From: Bugula neritina
Lineage: Eukaryota; Animalia; Bryozoa
DNA: 64,000 nucleotides
Assembly: GCA_964035545.1 (NCBI GenBank)
Contig: OZ037767.1
Coordinates: 16,734,581 to 16,798,580, forward strand
Reading direction: 5' to 3'
Shown here: positions 35,049-45,765 of the stretch, piece by piece
How positions within the stretch are numbered: position 1 is the stretch's first letter
How the letters are laid out: each line of letters begins with the position of its first letter
Position numbers and translations under genes: made by a program
The notes under the pieces: model-generated
Seen by the model: only the letters and a program-made list of their open reading frames with translations
The model's database searches: none
Told to the model about the DNA's origin: nothing

Positions 35049-37352
35049 TATATATGTATATGTATATGGATTTCAAAGGTACAGAGACGGTCAAAAAGAG
35101 CTACTACCCATTCATCATCGGAGGACTGGTTATAATGTCCCTGAATGTAACCATTGCATTCATCTCTCTTGTTCTCTGCAACCTAAGTAAAAGAATTAAA
35201 AATATAAAGTATTCAAAAGACGGTGCTATAATACCAGATGTCAACATGGAAACTATGGACACAAGAAATTACATAACAATTGGCCCAATCTCCACGTTGA
35301 CAGTCAAAAGTAAGTCTATCCTAAAAGGTCACTTATAGTAGCTGGATACGAAGATTCAATGCTTGTCAAGAAAGCTTTCAGCTATATGAACTTATATAAA
35401 GTATATTTCTGTTTCACCTCCACCATTATTAATTCTCACCACTCCCAAACTAAGGTGTCAAAACTACTCAGTCATGCGTGTTGCAGAGCTAGCTTAGTTT
35501 AGTCTAATATCATCCGGCAACTATAAGCTTTGCATTCAGCATCAGTTTACTGTTTTTCAGGAAAAATCTATAGCAAAAACAATTTAATTAGAAATTAAAC
35601 TGCAAAAAAGATTGATTTTTGATTTTAATGGAAAACCAGCAAATTACTTAGAAATTACTAGTGGTGGGTGCGTTAATATACAAGTATATATGTCTAATAC
35701 CTACCATATCTGTTTTACTCAGCTTATGGCAATCACCCTTGATAGCTATCAAAATACAAACTCACATGGAACTAGTGCTTTCATCATGTCTCACTAAGCT
35801 GCGGGTCCCAAGACCTTAGTTTGTGGCATAGTAGAATACCAGAGTTATGTCAAAGATTTATGTTAGATTTAGTCATTTTCTCTCTATACACACATACATG
35901 TAAGACGTTCATAAGAATTATGAGAGAAATGAACTCGTGAGATTTGGAGGGAGCACTATGTAGTTAATATAAACATCTCACAGTGCATCATATTAGCAAT
36001 TTGAAAGTTCGCTTTTGGAGTTATAATATAGCGTGTGCTTCTTGTGTAGATGAAAAAATAGGTGAACGAAATAGGAGGTATTCAACGAGGAGCTCTAAAA
36101 TAAAGAAGAGACGACTCCTTTCTTTAGATGAATCCATTTTAGACAATTTTGAACCTCTTATGGCAGAAGAAACTAGTAAGCAAAACGGTATAACAGTAAG
36201 CAGTATGTAAGCAGTATGTAAGCAGTATGTAAGCAGTATGTAAGCAGTACGTAGAGCAGTACGTAGAGCAGTACGTAGAGCAGTATGTAAGCAGTATGTA
36301 AGCAGTGTGTAAGCAGTACGTAAGCAGTACGTAAGCAGTACGTAAGCATTACGTAAGCATTACGTAAGCGGTACGTAAGCGGTACGTAAGCAGTACGTAA
36401 GCAATATGTAGAACATGTGCCAGCAACAACTTCATATTTGAGATCGTAGGTTGCAGCTAATGCATTCTAAACAGTTTTACAGTGCTAAAGTCATTTAGTA
36501 GCAAAACCCATGCATTATTTACTTTTTTCATTTCAGCAAAAAATTTGAAAAATACAAAAAGTGACAAAGTTTGTGAAAAAACTGTCGAAAGTAAACTTAT
36601 GCGATACACACCAACAGAAAACTCAGAAAATGGTAAGACTATATGCAACTATAATAACATAAGCTATTCTACATTACTATGCCATACACGACAAAATACA
36701 TGTGAGCTCTAGTGCCATAGCAGTCTATAGGCTAGCTGGAATAATCAATTGTCATCAAAATCTTTTCATCAAATAAACCCAGTAGCAATAGAGGCCTTTC
36801 TCTTGGCAGCGTAATTATTGCTCCTGATTTGTGGAATTCTTCTACAGGGTATTATTGTTTAAACCTGACTCACTATTATTATTATTGTAAAGAGCTACAG
36901 GCTATTGATTCAGAACTAATGCTAAGGTCTGGGTTTGCGTAGATTTGTTGCCAACTGAAATAGAAGAAGCTATGAACTATGCACTAAAAAGTAACAGGCC
37001 TAGTATTGCTGCTAGTTCTGGAAGGAGGATCTCGTGGAAGGAGAAAGTCCAGCTGAGTATGGAACTAATGGATAAATTAGACCAACGGATGAGCACAATA
37101 TCAGGTATACGAAGAGGCTATAACCCCCTAGCTGCTACCCCATAACTCCTTAGCTGCTATTTTATAACCCCTTAGTGCTATCCCATAACTGCTACCCCTT
37201 TATTCCTAAGCTGTTATTCTATTTAACTCTCTGTAATTAAAACTGGCTAGCATTTGAATTCAACTTCTAACAAGTAACATGTTGGTTTTGTAGGCTCTCC
37301 AAAGAAGGTCAGCAGCATAATATTTAGCAAAAAGTTCTCTGCTATATCATAG
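34503..37352 (+). CDS. Uncharacterised single-pass membrane protein, paralog B; exons 34503-34569, 35079-35309, 36050-36175, 36537-36632, 36943-37104, 37294-37352
   Basis: Same 6-exon all-phase-1 layout; [28 protein letters not shown]; [48 protein letters not shown]. Confidence 0.75.
34775..35068. repeat. (TA)n/(TACA) microsatellite next to the paralog B exon 2 acceptor
   Basis: ~290 bp of TA with CA/TG interruptions. Confidence 0.97.
36176..36410 (+). repeat. 11-bp repeat reiterating the GTAAGC donor, paralog B intron 3
   Basis: ACTA|gtaagc...(gtaagcagta(t/c)) x~19. Confidence 0.92.
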
Positions 37353-37615
37353 ATTTTCAGAATTAACCCTGAGTGGCTCTGTGATTTGGAGATTGATGGC
37401 ACTCCATCATGAAATGTACTTTAGAGCATTTCCAGTAACAAAGCTCCAGCGCTGATTTGTCAGTTCAGAACTGTGTATTATATGACATTAATTCAAGTCT
37501 TTATATATGGTGCTTGTTGCTAATAAAGAGTAATATTGTTATTCATATTTGTATTGAATAAAACTTTTTGTTATAAAGATTAAAATTCTGTACAAAGAAC
37601 ATTTAAATATAGGAA

Positions 37616-37963
37616 TCAGTCATCAGTATCCATTCGCTCCGGTGGTGGTCCGCAAGGTTGTATCATACGTTCCAGAAAGTTGAACTTAATTCTTGCTCTA
37701 CTCTCATTTTCTGAGAGAGCAAAGTAGCTGAGCATATCATGCTGTGCCTACAAATACAGCAACCTTTATAGAGGATTGGTTGGGCACTTAACAACAGTTA
37801 CTATTTCTCTAGTGTACTGTGAGTTGCTTACGATGAATAAAGAGTGACTATCTCTATGCTGATTGGTCACCCACTCCCACTTGGTAGTGTCGGAATGGCC
37901 AGTACCAATGTACTTGGACTGCAGATGCTCCAACTGACTGTGGATGTTGTATCTGTCATTCAT
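37616..37963 (-). CDS. SF3B5: Splicing factor 3B subunit 5; exons 37963-37832, 37747-37616 (87 aa)
   Basis: MNDRYNIHSQLEHLQSKYIGTGHSDTTKWEW..NQHRDS..ENESRARIKFNFLERMIQPCGPPPER. Confidence 0.96.
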
Positions 37964-38891
37964 TTTGCTAAACAATGAGAGAGTAAATTCAATAACATAA
38001 TATTTGGAATTTTGGATGTTACTTGGCCTGTTATGAATAGGGAGTGTATAAAAGCACACATTTCAGGCAGCTATATATGCATTATGCTCGATATTTTACA
38101 TGGCTATATGCAACACACAACAATACATTCACAACTCGGCAAAATTTGAGGGTTTCAAAAAGAGACTAAATCTTTTGTAGGCACTTAGCATATACTTATA
38201 TATGCAACTATATACTTGGCAAGAGGCATAAGGTATTTTACAGTGGACATCATGTCAGTTTAACTTAACTATCTAATATCTGAACTCGCCACACAACCAA
38301 ACACACAAATATAAAATATATTAAATAGATTAGCACCAGAAACTGAAGAAGACCATGTGACATGTGTTGGGCTCTGCATCAAAGTTAACAAAACATCACA
38401 TATAAAAGGTTGGTTTATTCTGTGATATCTGTTTCGCTATTTAGAAACATGTCACATTTACTTTTAACATTTGCAAGTTCGACTGAAGCTTGATTTGATA
38501 CATAAAAACTATTCCTAATTACTCAATAGATTTGCCTATAAATCATACTGAATCATATTGATATGCAAATTTACATTAATATTTACATTTACTCCATGAT
38601 TCATATTAATCTGGGCTGAAATTGTTCAGTCATAGTGGTGATAATCATAATGGCAATCTCAGAGATATTGACTCTGATACTCAGTCAGTCTTTCTAATAA
38701 TGATAGTGATACTATTATACTATTATACTATTACTGAATGCTAGGGTTCAATTATATAGATATAGTGATTGTGGCTGCAGAATAATCCTAATAGTCATCT
38801 TCATATTGATACTTAAACTAATACTTATAATTCATAACGGCAAAGTGGCGATCACAATAAGTGAATGACTTACATTTACACTAACTTACAG

Positions 38892-39365
38892 CAAGGTTGG
38901 GGTCAATTACATATGAATGAAACTAGTTACAATTACATGAGAATTTGTCAATTACAATTACAGTTGATATAAATGTATTACAACTACAATTACTTTTGTT
39001 GTCACAGGAGACAAATGAAAGTTATATAATCTCACTTCTGGGGTCCAACTACCCCAGCAATTTTGACAACGGAAAACCATCCTTGTTCTCAACAGTAACA
39101 AATAGGGTGATAAATATGACATAAACTAATCTGGACTTTTTATTAAACAGTAGACAAGGCAGGAAAAATATGAATTTTATAAGATTTAAAAATTTGAAGT
39201 AACTGTTATGTAATTATAAAGTAATTGTAAAATTCAATTACATTAACAATGTAATTAATTACAATTACATTTTTATACATCAATTGCAAATTACATTCAA
39301 TTACTTGAAAAAATGTAATTAATTACAACCAATTATAATTACAAATTACAATTACCCCAACCCTG
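38892..39365. mobile_element. Complete non-autonomous hAT-type DNA transposon (474 bp)
   Basis: TIRs CAAGGTTGGGGT / ACCCCAACCCTG; perfect 8-bp TSD ACTTACAG at 38884-38891 and 39366-39373; subterminal AATTAC repeats. Confidence 0.9.
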
Positions 39366-40470
39366 ACTTACAGTCATACTCATTGTCAAAGTGAATCCCA
39401 TTCACTGACACTAAACTGTGACTGGGTCACAGTTTGAGTGTCGCATTCACTGTGGTCAAACACTAAAGCATTCAAAATTAAAATAACTATAAGTATAACA
39501 CTTACATCAAGTTTAATTATAAGTCAAGCTCAAGGTGATTAGTTTAAGTTTAACTCAGTCTTGGTCTTTCATTTACTTTTAGTTTAGTTTTACAAGTCAC
39601 AAACTGGTTATTGTTAAACAACTTGTATTACAATAAAACTCGAAGTTAGTGACAGTGTTATGCTTATACTTACAATATACTTATAGTCTTATACTACAGT
39701 TTATGTTAGAATAATTGTTATAGTTATACCCTTAGTGCTTACAGTTAGTGTTACACCTACAGTATAACTTAATATTATACTTATAAGTTATAAGTTAAAG
39801 TTATATATAATATTTATAGACTGTGAGTATGTGTATGTGACTATCACTATGTCTATAGTTTAAGTTAAACTTGATGTTGTACTAACGCAACACAGCAAGT
39901 GCAACACTTCAAGTCTAACATTAACAGTTGAGTAACTCTAATTCTAAGCGTAAGAGTAAGACTAAGACTTATGCCTATAGACTATCACTATCACGATGCC
40001 TATCACTATGAGTATCAATATGACTATGAGTGTGAATGTCAGTATGAGACTGAGACTCAGTCTGAGACTGAGTATCAGTATCAGTATGAGTATGAGTATC
40101 ACTATCAGTATCAGTATGGGTATGGTAAAACTAAAAAACTAATACTAATATTAATAGTAATAGTTCATTTTAAAATTATTTCTATTTTAGAATAAATTGA
40201 ATTCACATATGTAACAGTAAAGAAACTAATTTGTTAGCCAATACTATCAGAGCAACATAACTTTTTTAGAAGGTATTCTCTCTAAAGTCGAATACTGATT
40301 TGAAACGAATTTTAATTCAATTTCAATGATGTTCGCTTTGTCACGCCGTATTGGTATGATAGTTTTATTATTGTCTATATCCGAACTATTTAAGGTTGAG
40401 GATTGAAGTTATCTTTAGGTGCCACTACAAAAGTGTCCACGCACAGAGATTCCATTATTTTGTGGAAGGC

Positions 40471-40485
40471 TTTCTCGAATTTTCT
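40471..40485. promoter_or_regulatory. Heat-shock element (3 perfect pentamers) upstream of AHSA1
   Basis: tTTCt-cGAAt-tTTCt; CCAAT at ~40508; AHSA1 is an HSP90 co-chaperone. Confidence 0.7.
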
Positions 40486-41358
40486 TCCGGATATTACATC
40501 TTTGCGTCCAATGAGTAAAATTCATGTGTTGCTGTTGGTGAATTAAATAACTTTGACTACTACACTTTCACTTACACTGTTATATTATAGTTTTTAGTAT
40601 TACTGTAGATTCATGTACATGGATGGCGTTGCATTGATGCTTATAACTCACCAATAAAGTAAAAGTTAATGCTTGTACTTGGTCTTGGTGTTCATGTTGA
40701 TGTTCTGATGATGTTGTAATCCAAATTGAAATTCCATTTCATTATCATTATGATTATTTCATAATCATAATCGTAATGATAATGTCAATGATAATGATAA
40801 TCATATTGTCAATGATTATGATAATCCTAATAATAATAATAGCAATTGTACTATTAATATAACTATAAGTATTGCTAATTTACTAATAGTAATACTAATA
40901 GTAATACTAATAGTAATAGTAATAGTAATACTAATAGTAAATCAAAATGTAATACTTATACTAATTCAAATTGTATTTGTAATACTAATAGTAATACTAA
41001 TGGTATTACTATTAGTATTACTAGTACTAGTAGTAGTACTAGTAGTAGTAATACTAATACTAATAGTAATACTCTAATAGTAATAGTAATACTTATAGTT
41101 ATACTATTAGACATTAGTATTATTTATTATCACCATGCCCCATGGCCATTGGAATTACTCTACTTACAGGCCTAGTGATACTAATAGTAGGGAACTAGTT
41201 CTGCATAGTTTAAAGGTAAAGTCAAAGGGTGAGGCACTGATACTCAGAACTAACCAGCCGGTTTTGGTACAACTAGAAGTAGGATCAGTGGTTATAATTG
41301 CTTTAGTTATTTCCTATTATTTAGTTTTGCTGTAGAGATTCAATCACAGCTAAGTCTG

Positions 41359-42858
41359 ATGGCAAAGTGGGGAGAAGGAGATCCTAGGTGGATTGTAGAA
41401 GAGCGTGCAGATACAAAAAATGTGAACAATTGGCACTGGTAAGGCTCTCAGCTCAAACCTGTAAACCAAGATGAAGCTAAAGTAAATTTATACTTTTACT
41501 GATCTAATGTAGTAAAATCATTTGAGTAAATTGAAAGAGGAATCCTAAATGCTTGGAAAATATATTTGAAGATATGCAACTATAGTAAAGCGAGAAATAT
41601 CCAGATTATTTGACTTTGACACCAAAATTGTAGTGGCGTATGTAAGTTTTGTTTACCTTTCAGTGACAAACACTGATTTCGTATTTAGTCTGATTGCAAG
41701 ACTAGTATTAGATATGGGCTGAATGTTGGTATTTCCTATATTGTTTAGGACTGAGAAAAATGCTAACAACTGGTCTAAGGATAAACTCAAGTCACTACTA
41801 ACAGGTTTAAAAATAGACGGAGCAGCTGGAGTAGTAGAACTGAAAGACTTCATTTCTATCAATGGAGAAGCTTCAGCCAGTAACAGGAAAGGAAAACTCA
41901 TCTTCTTCTATGAATGGGAATTAAAAATCAATTGGACAGGTGAGATAAACTTTAAAATTGATTATTTGAGTTGTTAACCGTTTTTATCAGAAGCATATTG
42001 CCAGATTGTCTTCATACTAGATATAAAAGACTTTCTAACAGTATTGTGCAAGTAACTCCAATAATCTTTATTTGAATCCTACCCTTGTTACCAAGTATGT
42101 TGCAGTCAGGATGCTGGGTGTATGCTTTATGCGCAATATTTGTAGTATGCATATGGTATAGTGTAGTGTGGTATAGTAGATGTATATTATAGTATGGTAG
42201 ATGTATAGTATAGTATGGTAGATGTATAGTATAGTATAGTAGATGTATAGTATAGTATGGTAGATGTATAGTATGGTAGATGTATAGTATAGTATAGTAG
42301 ATGTATAGTATAGTATGGTAGATGTATAGTATGCATATGGTAGGCGTATAGTATAGTATGGTAGATGTATAGTATAGTATGGTAGATGTATAGTATAGTA
42401 TGGTAGATGTATAGTATAGTATGGTAGATGTATAGTATAGTATGGTAGATGTATAGTATGGTAGATGTATAGTATAGTATAGTAGATGTATAGTATAGTA
42501 TGGTAGATGTATAGTATAGTATGGTAGATGTATAATATAGTATGGTAGATGTATAGTATAGTGTGGTAGATGTATAGTATAGTATGGTAGATGTATAGTA
42601 TAGTATGGTAGATGTATAGTATAGTATGATAGATGTATAGTATAGTATGGTAGATGTATAGTATAGTATGGTAGATGTATAGTATAGTATGGTAGATGTA
42701 TAGCAGACATGTTTGTTTATAGGAAGAGTAAATACAGAAGACATGGAGGAGGTTTCTGGGACTATAGAAATACCAAATCTTAGTGAGGAGCAAGATATAT
42801 GTGATATAGAGGTAGACCACTACTAGTACTATTACTAGTCCTACCACTACTACTACTG

Positions 42859-42905
<47 letters not shown>

Positions 42906-45322
42906 GCTACTACTACTACTACTACTACTACTACTGGTGCTACTACTGCTACTGCTATTACTGCTGCTGCTGCTGCTGCTACTACTGCTGCTGCTACTAC
43001 TGCTGCTGCTACTACTGCTACTACTGCTAGTACTGCTACTACTGCTAGTACTGCTACTACTGCTAGTACTACTACTACTGCTAGTACTACTACTGCTACT
43101 ACTGCTACTGCTACTACTACTGCTAGTACTACTACTACTACTAGTACTACTGCTGTATACTCTTTTATAAATACCTACTGCTTTTGTTAGGTGATGGTGA
43201 CAGTGAAAGATAAAACGTCAGGTGCAGACGCAATAAAAGAGATGATACGTGTGAAGGGGGCAGAGATCATTCGAGAGAGACTAGCAAACTACATAGACAC
43301 TCTAAAGATTGGTAAGTTTTTCTGTACTTTTTTACTACTCACTGCATGTATTACTACTCACTGTATGTATTACTACTCACTATACGTATTACTACTCACT
43401 GTACGTATTACTACTCACTGTACGTATTACTACTCACTGTATGTATTACTACTCACTGTACGTATTACTACTCACTGCGCGTATTACTACTCACTGTATG
43501 TATTACTACTCACTGTACGTATTACTACTCACTGTACGTATTACTACTCACTGTACGTATTACTACTCTAGTCTATAGATATATTTCACTTCTGCAGAGT
43601 TTAGTCAAGGAATGATTCTTCCCACCACCAAAGGTCAAACTCCACCTACCAAGCCGACGTCGGCATCAGCCAACCTTGCCAATGAGTTCAAACAAACCAG
43701 CATCAGCAGCAACAGCAGCAGTGCCCCGGCATCAAAACCGGTTAAAATAGAAACTAAGAAAATCAGTCTGAAGGAAGAGTTTATGTGCAGCAAAGAGGAG
43801 CTGTACAGAGCCTTGACCGAACAGAACGTAAGCTTCTCCACGATTCCGTCTATTCACTCAATTCTAAAATAGATAGGTGAAATTATTTCTCAGTTCTTTC
43901 TCTCTTGAGTTTACCCGGAGCTGGAACTCTGTGTTGTAGATGGTGCAGGCATTCACCAGGTCAGTGGCGAACCCATTTGAAGTGGAAGTTGGCGGCAAGT
44001 TTGTGTTATTCAATGGAATGATATCTGGCGAGTTCCAACAGTTGGTGAGTGACTTGTACCTACACAGTAATACTCTTACTACTGACTAGTACACAGTACT
44101 ACTCTTACTACTGACTAGTACACAGTACTACTCTTACTACTGACTAGTACACAGTACTACTCTTACTACTGACTAGTACACAGTACTACTCTTACTACTG
44201 ACTAGTATACAGTACTACTCTTACTACTGACTAGTACACAGTACTACTCTTACTACTGACTAGTACACAGTACTACTCTTACTACTGACTAGTACACAGT
44301 ACTACTCTTACTACTGACTAGTACACAGTACTACTCTTACTACTGACTAGTACACAGTACTACTCTTACTACTGACTAGTACACAGTACTACTCTTACTA
44401 CTAACTAGTACACAATACCACTCTTACTACTGACTAGTACACAGTACTACTCTTACTACTAACTAGTACACAATACTACTCTTACTACTGACTAGTACAC
44501 AGTACTACTCTTACTACTAACTAGTACACAGTACTACTCTTACTACTGACTAGTACACAGTACTACTCTTACTACTGACTAGTACACAGTACTACTCTTA
44601 CTACTGACTAGTACACAGTACTACTCTTACTACTAACTAGTACACAATACCACTCTTACTACTGACTAGTACACAGTACTACTCTTACTACTAACTAGTA
44701 CACAATACTACTCTTACTACTAACTAGTACACAGTACTATTCTTACTACTGACTAGTATACAGTACTACTCTTACTACTGACTAGTACACAGTACTACTC
44801 TTACTACTGACTAGTATACAATACTACTCTTACTACTAACTAGTACACAATACTACTCTTACTACTAACTAGTACACAATACTACTCTTACTACTGACTA
44901 GTATACAGTAATACTCTTACTACTAACTAGTATACAGTAATACTCTTACTACTAACTAGTATACAGTACTACTCTTACTACTAACTAGTACACAGTACTA
45001 CTCTTACTACTGACTAGTACACAGTACTACTCTTACTACTGACTACTACAGCTATTCCTGTAAGTCTTATGTTAATGAACTGATTGCTATTTCACAGGCA
45101 CCTCACGACACTCTAGTTCAAAGGTGGCGCATGAAACATTGGCCTGAAGGTCATTTCTCGATCGTCACCATAAAGTTAAGCCAATCATCAAACTGCACAA
45201 CTCTCTCTCTGTCTCAGACCGGAGTGCCATCGGCCGAGGCTGACAGGACGAAGGAGGGCTGGAAGAACTACTACTGGAATAGCATTAGACAAACATTCGG
45301 ATACGCTGTCAATATATTCTAG
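41359..45322 (+). CDS. AHSA1: Activator of HSP90 ATPase 1; exons 41359-41438, 41749-41939, 42723-42811, 43191-43311, 43598-43827, 43940-44044, 45098-45322
   Basis: MAKWGEGDPRWIVEERAD..NVNNWHWTEKNA; GEASASNRKGKLIFFYEW; IEIPNLSEE; EFSQGMILPT; WPEGHFS; GWKNYYW..IRQTFGY. Confidence 0.96.
42150..42702 (+). repeat. 21/16-bp repeat, AHSA1 intron 2
   Basis: tatagtatagtatggtagatg. Confidence 0.95.
42818..43155 (+). repeat. (CTA/CTG)n repeat, AHSA1 intron 3
   Basis: Trinucleotide run from just after the donor. Confidence 0.95.
43330..43570 (+). repeat. 19-bp repeat containing TACTCAC, AHSA1 intron 4
   Basis: tattactactcactgtacg x~12. Confidence 0.93.
44062..45050 (+). repeat. 29-bp minisatellite (~34 copies) containing TACTGAC/TACTAAC followed by AG, AHSA1 intron 6
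   Basis: tactactgactagtacacagtactactct. Confidence 0.95.
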
Positions 45323-45765
45323 CTACTCCATTACTCTGATTTTAGGAAATGTTTGCTACACTCTATGTACAGGGGGTATACTATACACGGTGTATACTCT
45401 ACATAATCTATACTCTACAGTCTACTCTGTATTTTGATATGTTCATATGCCTTGTCAACATAAGTGCATGTGTTATCGATAGTGTATAATATGTCATATG
45501 TTTCGTCTCATTGTCATTTGGTCTTTTACAAATTTATTAACAAGAGATAATCTAAACAGGAGTGATTTCATGTTAAGTTCACAATAACTGAATTATTGTT
45601 CTCTCATTACTATAAGTAGTATTAAGGCGTTTCACTTTGCAGTTCTCTCTCTCTTCCTGGTAAACTGTATCTATACGTATTCCTTAGAACTTTATCAAAT
45701 ATCATTAATAAATTTGAACATCACAGCAATTAGTCCTGTTATTGTAAGTTATTAAAGGGTAAAGG

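Noticed and set aside
37616-37963. SF3B5 (branch-point recognition complex) as a functional partner of the splice-signal arrays
   Set aside because: Ordinary conserved sequence; proximity is most simply coincidence
39971-40195. His/Tyr/Glu-rich ORFs here and at 61920-62156
   Set aside because: By-products of the 3/6-periodic promoter-flank DNA; no splice or homology support
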